Below are positions 10,079-20,236 of a DNA stretch of 64,000 bases, in pieces. The notes under the pieces are model-generated. The model was not told the DNA's origin, made no database searches, and was given only the letters and a program-made list of their open reading frames with translations. The translations under genes were made by a program, and so were the position numbers. Within the stretch, counting starts at the first letter, position 1. Every line of letters starts with the position of its first letter. The DNA lies in NCBI GenBank assembly GCA_016218805.1, contig JACRCW010000080.1:1-64000 (forward strand), given 5' to 3'. The stretch comes from Deltaproteobacteria bacterium (GTDB lineage: Bacteria; Myxococcota; JACRCW01).

Positions 10079-11371
10079 ATGCCGCGCGCCTTCTTCCGCA
10101 CCCTGCTGATTCTCGCCGCCGCCGCGGGCTGCGCCTGCGCCGGCACCCAACTGGCCGCGCCGGGAGACTGGTTGCGCCCCGGGGCCTCGTCGCCGGGCGC
10201 GGCGGTGCCGGCGTGGGAAGGCATGGAGCCGCTGGCCGCAGAGGAAGCGCTGCGCGCGGCGGTGAAGCCCCCGTCGCTGTGCTTCCAGGACCCGCGCGCC
10301 TGCGGGCTGGAAGCCCCGGCGTTCACCCTGTCCGCGCTCCGCCCGGACGAACGCCACCTGGACGCCGTGCAGGCGGCGCTGGCCCGGCACGCAACGGCGT
10401 GGCCACGGGAGAGCCGCCTGCTGCACTGCGAGTCGCTGGCGGCCTGGCGGCCGGCGGCGGGGCGGGAGTGCACGCGGGACCTGGCGGACCCGGGTTCGCT
10501 GCATGACCCGGTGCAGCGCGCGCGCCTGTTGCCGCTGCTGGACGCGCTGGGGCGGCACGGCAACGCGCTCACCACCGCGTGGCTGGTGGACGGTGACGTG
10601 GAGGTCCGCCGTGACGTGGCGCATTGGCTGTCCACCCGCGCCGCGGACGGCGCGCTGGTGGAGCCCATTGCCCGGGCGCTGGACCAGGAACCCGACGAGC
10701 GCGCCGCGCTGGACCTGGTGCGCGCGCTGGACCTGCTGCGTGACCCGCGCACCGCCCTGCTGTTGGGCCGCATTGCCCGGACGCGCGGCCAGCCGCGGGT
10801 CAGCGCGGCGGCGGTGGACGTGCTGGCGGTGGTGACGCACCGGCGCCTGCTGGAGGACCTGCGCTACCTGGACACCGCGCATCCCACCATGCGGTCCGCC
10901 GTGGACCGGGCCCGCCGCCTGCACCACGTCACGCTGCGTGACACCCCGGAAGCGGTCCCGGCGGAGCTGGGTGGCGGGTTTGAGTTCATCACGTCCCATT
11001 CTTCGCCCGTGGTGGGCGGGCTGGCGTTCCTGGAGGACTTCAAGCGCCTGCGCGAGCGCTCCCTGCTGTTTGAGCCGGGCGAGAGCCTCACGCCCGACGA
11101 GCTGCGGCTGCTCATGGCGCGCCTGTCCGACGCCGGCGGGTTTGGCCTGGAGGTGGCCCGCACGTCCCTGGCCACCTCTTGCGGCGCCGCCCACCTGGAG
11201 GCGTTGCTGGACCTGCGGCGCGCCATCCACGTGGCCGGGCTGCCGGACCGGGAGCGGCTGGCCTTTGACCTCACTGAGGTGGTGCAGGTGGTCCGCACGC
11301 ACCACGTGCTGCGCCGTCCCACGCGCTACTGGCGGGCGCTCCCGGGCGCCGCCGTGGCCGCCGCGTACTGA
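10079..11371 (+). CDS. Hypothetical secreted protein with HEAT-like helical repeats
   Basis: Signal-like N-terminus with Cys; helical repeats such as DVEVRRDVAHWL, PRVSAAAVDVL. Confidence 0.6.
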   Translation: MPRAFFRTLLILAAAAGCACAGTQLAAPGDWLRPGASSPGAAVPAWEGMEPLAAEEALRAAVKPPSLCFQDPRACGLEAPAFTLSALRPDERHLDAVQAALARHATAWPRESRLLHCESLAAWRPAAGRECTRDLADPGSLHDPVQRARLLPLLDALGRHGNALTTAWLVDGDVEVRRDVAHWLSTRAADGALVEPIARALDQEPDERAALDLVRALDLLRDPRTALLLGRIARTRGQPRVSAAAVDVLAVVTHRRLLEDLRYLDTAHPTMRSAVDRARRLHHVTLRDTPEAVPAELGGGFEFITSHSSPVVGGLAFLEDFKRLRERSLLFEPGESLTPDELRLLMARLSDAGGFGLEVARTSLATSCGAAHLEALLDLRRAIHVAGLPDRERLAFDLTEVVQVVRTHHVLRRPTRYWRALPGAAVAAAY

Positions 11372-11391
11372 GCCGGCAGGGCGCAGGCCCG

Positions 11392-12132
11392 GTGAGCCGG
11401 CCTGTGTTCGCGGACCACGCCATGGAACTGACGGAAGACGCCATCTGCCGCGGCCTGCTCCGCCTGCGGCAACCGCGGCGCGGCTACCGGTTCAACCTGG
11501 ACAGCGTCCTGCTTGCTGCGTTCGGCGCCGCCGAGGCCCGGCCGGGCCTGCTGATTGACGCGGGGGCCGGGTGCGGCGTGGTGGGCCTGTACCTCAGCGC
11601 GGTGCTTGGCCGGCCTGCGCTGCTGGTGGAGCGGCAACCCGTCATGGCCGCGCTGGCCGCGCAGAACGCCGCGCTCAATGCGCTGAAATCAGTGAATGTG
11701 GTGCGCGGGGATTTCCGGTCCATTCCCGTGCGGGACGGCAGCGTGGGGCTGCTTGCGTGCAATCCCCCGTATTTGGAGCCGGGCTCCGGGCGCGCCTCCC
11801 CGCGCGAACAGCGACTGCTCAGCCTGCACACGGTCCACGGCGGCATCGCGGAGGTGGTGGCGGAGGCCGGCCGCGTGCTGGCGCCCGGCGGTGTGCTCGC
11901 GTGCATCCTCCCCGCGGCGGTGGCGTCGTCGCTGGCTGTTGGCGCGCTGCATCTGCGCCGCCGCATGGACCTGTCACCGCAGCCGGGCGGGTCCGTCACG
12001 CGCTGCCTGGTGCTGCTGGCGCGCGAGCCCGGCCCGGCGGTGGTGGAAGCGCGCGCCGTGCACGGGGCGGCGGCGCGGTTTGCCCCCTGGGTGGAGGACA
12101 TCCTGGAGGGAAGGGCGCGGCGGCTGCAGTGA
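11392..12132 (+). CDS. tRNA1(Val) A37 N6-methyltransferase (TrmN6/YfiC-like)
   Basis: QPRRGYRFNLDSVLL, DAGAGCG SAM motif, NPPY. Confidence 0.8.
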   Translation: MSRPVFADHAMELTEDAICRGLLRLRQPRRGYRFNLDSVLLAAFGAAEARPGLLIDAGAGCGVVGLYLSAVLGRPALLVERQPVMAALAAQNAALNALKSVNVVRGDFRSIPVRDGSVGLLACNPPYLEPGSGRASPREQRLLSLHTVHGGIAEVVAEAGRVLAPGGVLACILPAAVASSLAVGALHLRRRMDLSPQPGGSVTRCLVLLAREPGPAVVEARAVHGAAARFAPWVEDILEGRARRLQ

Positions 12133-12147
12133 GGCCGTGTGCGCCCG

Positions 12148-13011
12148 TCACGGGGCGCGTTCCGGCCAGGCAAATGCGTCCAGCAGGAACGCCGCCACGC
12201 CGTGCACCACGGGCCGCACCAGCAGCGCCGCAATGGCCCCAATGCCCAATCCCGTCAGCATGAGGGCAAAGCTGGCGGCAATGACGGGGTCCGGCCCGTC
12301 CGGGTTCTGGGCGGGCACCAGCGGCACCTGCGTGCGCAGGTCCGGGTTGAGCGCAATGCCCATCAGGCCCACGGACGACACAAGCGCCAGCAACGCGAGC
12401 ACCAGTCCGGGCACCGCGACGGCGAGGGCGACGCCGACGTGAGCGGCGATGCGTCCCCCGGTGGACACCAGGCCGCTGAGCCCGCTGACCAGGCCGCCCG
12501 CGCGCGTCATGGATGAGGCGAGCACGACCCCGGTCACGTACCCCGCCAGGTCCCACGCGGGTGCCGTCAGCGCGAGCAGCGGGCTCACCAGCAGCATGAG
12601 GGCCAGGTAGAGAATGGCGGCCAGGTACAGGATGAGGGGTCCGGTGTCGGCGTCCTGCGGGGCCGCGCCAAACGCGGAGATGATGGCCAGCAGGATCAGC
12701 ACAATGAACAACGACAGGAGCAACGACAGCGCCGCCACCGGGATGCTGACGACGATGGCCTCGCCGGCCAGGCCAACCAGCGTGGCCGCGGTGGCGCCCG
12801 CCGTGCCACCGGCGGCCTCGGCAACGGCGCGCGTGATGAGCGTCCCGGGGGGGACGCGCTCCGGCTCCGCGCGGGTGCGGCGGCGCGGCACCTCGGCGGC
12901 CGGCGCTTCCACGTCGGCTGCGTCCTCCGTGGGCGGGTCCGCCAGCTCCGCCTCCGGCTCCACGGCCTGCATCGCCACGACGAGCAGCCACCCGCACGGC
13001 ACCATGCGCAC
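12148..13011 (-). CDS. Hypothetical multi-pass membrane protein
   Basis: Several long hydrophobic segments. Confidence 0.65.
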   Translation of the reverse strand: MRMVPCGWLLVVAMQAVEPEAELADPPTEDAADVEAPAAEVPRRRTRAEPERVPPGTLITRAVAEAAGGTAGATAATLVGLAGEAIVVSIPVAALSLLLSLFIVLILLAIISAFGAAPQDADTGPLILYLAAILYLALMLLVSPLLALTAPAWDLAGYVTGVVLASSMTRAGGLVSGLSGLVSTGGRIAAHVGVALAVAVPGLVLALLALVSSVGLMGIALNPDLRTQVPLVPAQNPDGPDPVIAASFALMLTGLGIGAIAALLVRPVVHGVAAFLLDAFAWPERAP

Positions 13012-13097
13012 CTCCCGTGTCGCCGCTGGACGATAGTCCGTCCCGCTCCCCGCCGCGCCTTCACCGCACCCGACCCCGGGGACTACAAGCCCGCTGC

Positions 13098-14981
13098 ATG
13101 ATGGCTGCCCGGTCCAAGGTGGCGCTCGGGGTGTGCTGGGTGCTGGCGTGCACGCCGGAGCCCGAACGCAAACTCACCGTCATGGTGGCGTCCCTGCCGC
13201 TGCGCGCCGGCGGTGACACGTCGTCCCCGCCGGTGGCCACGGTGCGGCTGGGATCACCGCTCAAGGGGACGCCGCCGGGGTGGTTGGATTCCAAGGAGCA
13301 CTGGAACGTGCGCCTCAACGACGGGCGTACCGTGCAGGCGCCCATGGCCGCGGTGGTGGAGGTGCTGCCGGCGCCGGTGCAGATGTCTGTGGCCGGCGCC
13401 GAAGCGCTGCGCCTCAAGGAGCCCTACCCCAAGGGGCAGGTGCTGGAGCGGCTGGGCTTTGGCACCGCGGTGCAGGTGATCCGCGAAACGCCGTCGCTGG
13501 TGCCGGGCTTTGGCATCACGCTGACGGAGGGGCGGCTGACGGGGTTCATTGCCCTGGAGAGCCTGGCGGCCGCAGCGCCGTCCGTGGACGACGCCGTCAC
13601 CCGGGCGGCGGAACTGGCGCTGGAGGGGCGCCTGGACGACGCGGCTGCGCTGGCGCGCGCGGTGGCGCACTCCGCGCCGCAGCACGCGGACGCCAACGCG
13701 CTGGCCGCGGCGTTGCTGCGTGCGCTGGGAGACCCGGCGGCCGCGGTGTTCCGCCGGCGCGTCCCAGACGAGAAGCCGGTGTTGCCGCCCGCCGACCCGG
13801 ACCTGGCTCCCGGCGTGGTGGCGTACACCAGCGCGCCCGCGGTGCCGGCGCGGCGGGGTCCGGGTGCCACAGTGCGGCCGGTGATGTGGTTCTCTTTGAA
13901 CACGCGGCTGGCGGTGAAGGGCACGGACGGGAAGTGGGCGCGCGTGGCGTACAAAGGTGTGGTGGCGCCGGTCACCGTGGTGGCCAGCCCGTTGGAGCCG
14001 CCGCCGGAGGCCCCGCCGCCCGCCAAGCCGGCGGCGCGCAAGGCGCCGCAGAAACCCGCCCCCGCCGAGGTGGAGCTCTACGTGCCGGCCGGGCTGCTGG
14101 CCGCCGGCCCGGTGGACAAGAAGACGCTGCGCGCGGACGCCAAGGCGGCCACGGCGGAAGGGCGCCACGCGGAGGCGGTGTACGCGCTGCAGCGGCTGCT
14201 GGCGCTGGACCCGGCGGACGCCGCGGCCATCCGGGACCTCCCGGCGGCCGCGCTGGCGGCGCGCCGCTTTGACGTCATGGTGGATGCCATCCAGCGTGCG
14301 CGGGGCGCGCCGGCCACGTTGCTGGGCCTGGAGGTGGAGACGGTGGAGTGGGTGTGGGGCTGCCGCGGCACGCCGGGGGAGACGGTGCCGTCCCCCGCCG
14401 AGGACGACGTGGCGAAACTCAAGCCGCGCGGCAACACGTGCGTACGCGAGGTGGAGGTGGAGCCGGCATGCGCCCCGTGCGAGGCGGTTGCCGCGGACGC
14501 GGACACGGGGCTGTTTGACCGCGAGATGATGAAGTTCCGTGAGAGCGAGCGGGCGCGCGTGCTGGACGCGGTGGACCGCTTTGAGAAGGGCCGGCGGGTC
14601 CGGGCCGACGCGGTGACCAGGCTGGAGCAGCTGTTCCCGGACCGGGCCTGGTGCCACGTGCGGCTGCGCAACCGGCAGCCCACCGCCACGGTGGAGGGGC
14701 AGAAGTTTGTGGTGGCACGGACGGGCGGCGCGGGAGACGGCAGCGCACCGGAGGTGGCCACCGGACTGGTGACGCTGCCCGTGCTGCGGACGCAGCAGAC
14801 GGCGGACCTGTGGCTGCGCCTGCCGGGCGGTCCCGGCGCGGGGTGCTGGTTGTTCAACGCGCGCAACCCGGACGCCGTGCGCAAGCCCCTGACGGACCAC
14901 CTGGCGGGCGAGGAACGCCGCCTGCCGCCGCACCGCGTGGTGACGCTGTCACGCCGGACCTGCAGCTGCCTGGGCGGGTGA
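13098..14981 (+). CDS. Hypothetical lipoprotein with SH3-like and TPR-like segments
   Basis: Lipobox VLAC; NTRLAVKGTDGKWARV (SH3b-like); AVYALQRLLALDPAD (TPR-like). Confidence 0.65.
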   Translation: MMAARSKVALGVCWVLACTPEPERKLTVMVASLPLRAGGDTSSPPVATVRLGSPLKGTPPGWLDSKEHWNVRLNDGRTVQAPMAAVVEVLPAPVQMSVAGAEALRLKEPYPKGQVLERLGFGTAVQVIRETPSLVPGFGITLTEGRLTGFIALESLAAAAPSVDDAVTRAAELALEGRLDDAAALARAVAHSAPQHADANALAAALLRALGDPAAAVFRRRVPDEKPVLPPADPDLAPGVVAYTSAPAVPARRGPGATVRPVMWFSLNTRLAVKGTDGKWARVAYKGVVAPVTVVASPLEPPPEAPPPAKPAARKAPQKPAPAEVELYVPAGLLAAGPVDKKTLRADAKAATAEGRHAEAVYALQRLLALDPADAAAIRDLPAAALAARRFDVMVDAIQRARGAPATLLGLEVETVEWVWGCRGTPGETVPSPAEDDVAKLKPRGNTCVREVEVEPACAPCEAVAADADTGLFDREMMKFRESERARVLDAVDRFEKGRRVRADAVTRLEQLFPDRAWCHVRLRNRQPTATVEGQKFVVARTGGAGDGSAPEVATGLVTLPVLRTQQTADLWLRLPGGPGAGCWLFNARNPDAVRKPLTDHLAGEERRLPPHRVVTLSRRTCSCLGG

Positions 14982-15008
14982 GGCGGCCCGGTAGAAGCGT
15001 CAAACACT

Positions 15009-16433
15009 TCAGATGGTGAGCACCTTGAGCGTGTTGGTGGCGCCCTGCTTCCACATGGGGAGCCCCATGGTCATGACCACGCGGTCGCCTGGCACCAGGC
15101 CCTGGTGGCTCTGCAGCAGTTCGCGCACGGACTCCACCGTCTCGTCCGTGCCGCTCAGGCGCGGAATGAGCAGCGCCCGGACACCGCGCAGCAACGACAC
15201 GCGCCGCGCCGTCCGCGCGTCGCTGGTGGCCGCAATGACGGGGGTGCGTCCCGCCAGCCGGCTCACCATGCGCGCCACGGTGCCGCCCTCCGTGAAGCAC
15301 ACAATCCAACGCGCGCCCACCGCCTCCGCCACCCGGGACGCGGCAAACGCCACGTTCACATCCACGCGCTGGCTCTGCCCCGCGGCAATCTCCTTGGGCA
15401 GCGGGTCCCGGTGCTTCTCCGCCTCGCTGTCCGCCTCCGCGGCAATCTTGGCCAGCCACCGCACCGCCTCCACCGGGTACTTCCCCGTGGCGCTCTCCGC
15501 GGACAGCATCACCGCGTCCGTCCCGTCCCACACCGCGTTCGCCACGTCGGACGCCTCCGCCCGCGTGGGTGACGGACTCTCAATCATGGACTCCAGCATC
15601 TGCGTGGCCGTGATGACCGGCTTGAGCGCCTTGCGGGCCGCCTCAATGATCTGTTTCTGCAGCCCCGGCACGCGGTGCACGCCCAGTTCCACGCCCAGGT
15701 CCCCGCGCGCCACCATCACGCCCCAGCAGGCATCCAGGATCTCCGGCAGGTTCTTGAGCGCCGTGGGGTGCTCAATCTTGGCAATGATGGCCGGGCTGGT
15801 CCCGCCCGCCTCCGTGATGAGGCGCGTCAACAGGTCCACGTCGGCCCGCGTCCGCACAAAGCTCTGCGCGAACATGTCCACGTTGTTCTCCACGCCCCAG
15901 CGGATGTCTTCGCGGTCCTTGTCCGTCACCGACTCCACGGCCACGTCCCCGCCCACCGGGTGCACGCCCTTGCGCGCCTTGAGGTCTCCCCCCACCAGCA
16001 CGCGCGCGTCCACGCGGTCCGCCGTGGCGGACTGCACCTCCACCACAATGGCCCCGTCATCCAGCAGCCACTGCTGCCCCGGCGTGGCGGAGGTGAACAG
16101 CTCCGGGTGCGGCAGCGGTGCGGCCCACGCGGCGTCAGCGGGGGGCCTGGCGTCCGGCCGGTGGAAGCAGCCGCACTGGCCCACTCCCAGCGTCACCGGC
16201 TTCTCCAGCTTGCCCACACGCCACTTGGGGCCCTGCAGGTCCAGGAACACCGGGATCTCGCGCCCCAGTTCGCGCGCCAGCTTGCGCACCCGCAGCAGCG
16301 CCGCCGCCCGGAACTCCAGGTCCCCGTGGCTGGCGTTGAGCCGGACCGTGTCCGCCTCGCGCAGCACGTCCACCATCCGCTCGCCCTGCATCAGCGCCGG
16401 CCCGCAGGTGACCACAATCTTTGTCTTGCGCAC
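15009..16433 (-). CDS. pyk: Pyruvate kinase
   Basis: RKTKIVVT, RLNASHG, DLQGPK, AKIE, MVARGDLGVE, ATQMLESM, DAVMLSAESA; GTG start with GGAGG RBS. Confidence 0.95.
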   Translation of the reverse strand: MRKTKIVVTCGPALMQGERMVDVLREADTVRLNASHGDLEFRAAALLRVRKLARELGREIPVFLDLQGPKWRVGKLEKPVTLGVGQCGCFHRPDARPPADAAWAAPLPHPELFTSATPGQQWLLDDGAIVVEVQSATADRVDARVLVGGDLKARKGVHPVGGDVAVESVTDKDREDIRWGVENNVDMFAQSFVRTRADVDLLTRLITEAGGTSPAIIAKIEHPTALKNLPEILDACWGVMVARGDLGVELGVHRVPGLQKQIIEAARKALKPVITATQMLESMIESPSPTRAEASDVANAVWDGTDAVMLSAESATGKYPVEAVRWLAKIAAEADSEAEKHRDPLPKEIAAGQSQRVDVNVAFAASRVAEAVGARWIVCFTEGGTVARMVSRLAGRTPVIAATSDARTARRVSLLRGVRALLIPRLSGTDETVESVRELLQSHQGLVPGDRVVMTMGLPMWKQGATNTLKVLTI

Positions 16434-16599
16434 GTCTTCCTCCGCCGTCGTCGGGGGCGGTGCAGTAGCAGAACGGGCGGGTGGGGCAAGGCCGGCGGCG
16501 GATTCGTGGCGGAATGCCACGGCGCCACGGGCTTGGCAGTCAGCCCGGCCGTCACTATTACGTCGGCACCGCCCCATCCGGGCGGCTTGTCGTCGACCC

Positions 16600-17670
16600 A
16601 TGCGCTTCGCCCATCCTGATGCCTTCTGGCTGATGTTCCTGGTCGGCCTGTCCTGGCTGGTCCTGTGGCGTGCCGAACGCGTCCGCGCGCGGCGCCTGCA
16701 CGCCCTGGCGGACGCGGCGCTGCTGCCGGCGCTGTTGGGCGAGGCCTCCGCGGCGCGACGCACGCTGCGCCACGTGTGCCTGCTGTTTGGCCTGGCGCTG
16801 GCGGTGGTGGCGCTGGCGCGCCCGCAGGCGGGTACGCGCGTGGAGTTGGAAAAGGCGCACGGGGTCAGCGTCGTGTTCGCCCTGGACGTGTCCCGCAGCA
16901 TGCTGGCGCGTGACGTGCGCCCGGACCGCCTGCGGCGCGCGCAGGCGGAAATCGGTGACATGATGGAGCAGCTCAAGGGCAACCGCGTGGGCCTGGTGGC
17001 GTTTGCGGGCATGGCCTACGCGCCCTGCCCGCTGACCACGGACATCTCCGCGGCCAAGCTGTTCCTGCGCAACCTGTCGCCGGACGCGGTGCCGCAGGGC
17101 GGGACCGCCATTGGCCGCGCGCTGGCCACCGCGCGCGCGCTGTTCAGCGCGGAGAGCCGCCCCGGCGGCGGGGCGGGGCAGCCCTCCACCGCCGCCAACA
17201 TCCTGGTGCTGGTCACGGACGGTGAAGACCACGAAGGCGACCTGGAAGAAGAAGCCAAGGCGCTGCGCGAGGCGGGCATCACGCTGTTTGCGGTGGGCGT
17301 GGGCAGCACGCTGGGCGAGCCCATCCCCATTGCGCAAGGCGAGGGCGGCACCACCTACCTCAAGGACCCCAACGGCCAGACGGTGCTCACCCGCCTGGAC
17401 GAGACCGCCCTGCAGAAGCTGGCGACGGACGCCGGTGGCACCTACCCGTCCGGTGCGGCCGGGGGGACGGGGCTGGTGCAGGTGCAGGCGGGCATCCAGG
17501 CGGTGCAGAAGGCGGAGCTGGAGAGCCGCCTGGTGGTGGCGTACGACGAGCGCTACCACTGGGTGCTGCTGCCGGCGCTGTTGCTGCTGGTGGTGGGTGC
17601 GGGTGTGGGGCAGCGGCGGCGTGCGCCGCTGAACCTGTCCGCCACCGCCCGGGAAGGAGCCGCGTCATGA
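16600..17670 (+). CDS. batB: VWA-domain protein BatB-like
   Basis: N-terminal TM ending ALARPQ, MIDAS DVSRSM, TDGED, C-terminal TM. Confidence 0.85.
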   Translation: MRFAHPDAFWLMFLVGLSWLVLWRAERVRARRLHALADAALLPALLGEASAARRTLRHVCLLFGLALAVVALARPQAGTRVELEKAHGVSVVFALDVSRSMLARDVRPDRLRRAQAEIGDMMEQLKGNRVGLVAFAGMAYAPCPLTTDISAAKLFLRNLSPDAVPQGGTAIGRALATARALFSAESRPGGGAGQPSTAANILVLVTDGEDHEGDLEEEAKALREAGITLFAVGVGSTLGEPIPIAQGEGGTTYLKDPNGQTVLTRLDETALQKLATDAGGTYPSGAAGGTGLVQVQAGIQAVQKAELESRLVVAYDERYHWVLLPALLLLVVGAGVGQRRRAPLNLSATAREGAAS

Positions 17671-18425
17671 AACCCGCGTGGATGCTGCTGGCGGCCACCG
17701 CGGGCTTCTGGTGGTGGCGGTCTGATCCCGACGTGGAAAAGGGCAACGCCAAGGCGCAGGAGGGGCAGTTTGAGGAGGCGCTGGCGGACTTTGACCGCGC
17801 GGGGCAGTCGCTCTCCAATGAAGAACAGCAGCGGCAGCTGGCCTTTGACCGCGGCCTGGCGCTGCACGGCGCGGGGAAGACGGATGAGGCGCAGAAGGCG
17901 TTTGCCTACGCGGCGCAGTCCGAAGACCCGGTGCTGCGCTCGCGCGCCGCCTTCAACGAAGGCAACGTGGCGCTGGGGAAGAAGGACTCCACAGCGGCCG
18001 TGCAGGCGTACATCCGCAGCCTGCGGGCGGACCCCGGCTACGCACCCGCCAAGCGCAACCTGGAGATCCTGCTCACCCAGCCCCCGCCCCCGCCGGACGG
18101 CGGCAGTGACGGCAATGACGGCGGTGGCGGTGACGGCGGCAGTGACGGCGGCGGCGGCGGCCAGGGCGACGGCGGTGGCGACGGCGGCTCACCCCCGGAT
18201 GGCGGCCAGGGTGACGGCGGCCAGGGCGCCGATGGCGGCAGCGACAACGACCGACCGCCGCCCATGGATGACCCGCAGCAGCCTCCCCCACAACAACCGC
18301 AGCGCCTGGATGAGCAGGACGCCATGAACCTGCTGGATGCCATGCAGGACGCCGAGAAGAACCGGCCGCTGGGGCGCATCATGCTGCGCGACAACAAGCC
18401 GCGCCGGAGCACCAAGGAATGGTGA
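17667..18425 (+). CDS. batC: TPR protein BatC-like with Gly/Asp-rich linker
   Basis: AAFNEGN and AKRNLE TPR motifs, low-complexity linker, terminal KEW; ATGA overlap with batB. Confidence 0.8.
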   Translation: MKPAWMLLAATAGFWWWRSDPDVEKGNAKAQEGQFEEALADFDRAGQSLSNEEQQRQLAFDRGLALHGAGKTDEAQKAFAYAAQSEDPVLRSRAAFNEGNVALGKKDSTAAVQAYIRSLRADPGYAPAKRNLEILLTQPPPPPDGGSDGNDGGGGDGGSDGGGGGQGDGGGDGGSPPDGGQGDGGQGADGGSDNDRPPPMDDPQQPPPQQPQRLDEQDAMNLLDAMQDAEKNRPLGRIMLRDNKPRRSTKEW

Positions 18426-20236
18426 CCGCGCGCGGGACGGCGTGGGTGCTGGCCGGGCTGGCGCTGGCCGCCGCCACGGAGGCGCGCGCCGGGACGCTGT
18501 CCTACACCGCGCAGCTGGACCGCGCTGAGGTGACCGCGGAGGAGCCGTTCAACCTGGTCATCAACATCACCGCCGACGGGAATGACGCCGTCCAGGAGCT
18601 GGTGCTGCCGGATGTCAGCGGCCTGCGCGTGGTGGGCAACAACCGCTCCGAGGGCACCTCCGTGCAGATTGGCCCCGGGGGTACGTCCTTCAAACGCACC
18701 ATCCGCATCATCATGGCGCTGGTGGCGGACCGGGCCGGCCGCTACGTGATTGGCCGCGGCCGCGTGAAGACCGCGCGCGAATCCGCCCAGAGCGACGTCA
18801 TCCAGCTGCGCGTCAACGGCCCGTCCTCCCGCGGGCCGCCCGCGCCCCGCGCGGCTGACGTGCCCCCCGACGAACCGTTGCCCGCCGCGCCGGCTGTCCC
18901 CGGCGCCACGGACGTCCGGCCCACGCCGGCCATGCTCAAGGCGGGCATCTTTGCCACGCTGGAGGCGGACCGCGGACAGGTCATGCTGGGCGAGCAGGTC
19001 ACGCTCACCGTGCGCCTGTTTTCCCGCTCTGACCTGTCTGACATTGACGCGCTGCGTCTGCCCAAGCTGGAGGGCTTCTGGTCCGAAGTGGTGGAGAACC
19101 CGCAGCGCATCACGCCCACACTGATGACGGTGGAGGGCCAGCGCTACCAGGCCTACCTTCTGCGCCGCATCGCCGCGTTCCCCACGCGCGCGGGGGAGTT
19201 TGAGCTCGCACCCGTGGAGGCCGACGTGGTCACGGGTGGCGGGTTCCTGTCACCCGGACGGCGGCACCGCGTGCAGAGCCTGCCGCTGACGCTGGTGGTG
19301 GACCCGCTGCCCGCTGAGGGGCAACCGCCCGGCTTCCAGGCGGGCAACGTGGGACGCTTCACGCTGGACGCGCGCCTGGACCGCAAGCGCACCACGCTGT
19401 CTGAGCCCGCCACGCTCACCGTCCGCATCCAAGGCACCGGCAACCTCCGGCAGGCCGCGGTGCCGCGCGTGGAGGACACCGCGGACCTGCGCGTCTATGA
19501 CCCCACGCCCTCCGAGGACATCCGCATCAGCGGCAACCGTTTCCAGGGGTTCAAGCAGCTGGAGTTCCTGGTGCAACCCAAGCGCGCGGGAGCGCTGGCA
19601 CTGCCGCGCATCACCTTCCCCTTCTATGACACCGACGCACGCAGATACGTCACGCTCACCGCGCCGCCGTTGGCGCTGGACGTGGTGGGTGACGGAGACA
19701 AGACCGCGCCGGGTCCGGCCAAGGGTCCGGGCATCGGCGCTGGGGCGCGCCCGCTGCGCACGGACCCCGAGCTGCGCGCGCGCGCCCTCCCCGCCCTGCT
19801 GGAACTGCCCGAACCCGCCGCGTGGATCGGCCTGCCGTCGCTGCTGGCGTTGGGGTCCCTGGCGGTGGGCGGCTTTGTGCGGCGCCGGAGGGAACGCGCC
19901 GCGGGTGACGCGTCCCTCAAGGCGCGCGTGGCCACCCGGCACCTGCTGGAGGCCGTCCAGGGCGGCGCCCGGCCGGGAGATGTCAACGCGGGGCTGCACG
20001 CGTACCTGGTGGCACGGCTGGGTCCGGAGGTGGGCGGACTCACGCGCGCGGAGCTGCAGGAGCGCCTGGGTGCGCGCGGCGTGCACGCGGACGACGCGAC
20101 ACGGCTGGCGCGGGTGATGGATGCGCTGGACGCCGCGCGCTACGCGCCGGAGAACCACGCGGATGGACACACGCTGGCCAGTGAAACCGTCGCCGTGGTG
20201 CGCACGCTGGAAGCCGCGCTGGGAGGTTCCGCGTGA
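18419..20236 (+). CDS. batD: BatD-family protein
   Basis: Signal peptide, repeated Ig-like BatD domains (GEQVTLTV, VGRFTL, GTGNL), TM near C-terminus; operon position. Confidence 0.85.
   Translation: MVTARGTAWVLAGLALAAATEARAGTLSYTAQLDRAEVTAEEPFNLVINITADGNDAVQELVLPDVSGLRVVGNNRSEGTSVQIGPGGTSFKRTIRIIMALVADRAGRYVIGRGRVKTARESAQSDVIQLRVNGPSSRGPPAPRAADVPPDEPLPAAPAVPGATDVRPTPAMLKAGIFATLEADRGQVMLGEQVTLTVRLFSRSDLSDIDALRLPKLEGFWSEVVENPQRITPTLMTVEGQRYQAYLLRRIAAFPTRAGEFELAPVEADVVTGGGFLSPGRRHRVQSLPLTLVVDPLPAEGQPPGFQAGNVGRFTLDARLDRKRTTLSEPATLTVRIQGTGNLRQAAVPRVEDTADLRVYDPTPSEDIRISGNRFQGFKQLEFLVQPKRAGALALPRITFPFYDTDARRYVTLTAPPLALDVVGDGDKTAPGPAKGPGIGAGARPLRTDPELRARALPALLELPEPAAWIGLPSLLALGSLAVGGFVRRRRERAAGDASLKARVATRHLLEAVQGGARPGDVNAGLHAYLVARLGPEVGGLTRAELQERLGARGVHADDATRLARVMDALDAARYAPENHADGHTLASETVAVVRTLEAALGGSA

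Noticed and set aside
18095..18250. GACGGCGGC repeats in batC
   Set aside because: Ordinary low-complexity Gly/Asp linker
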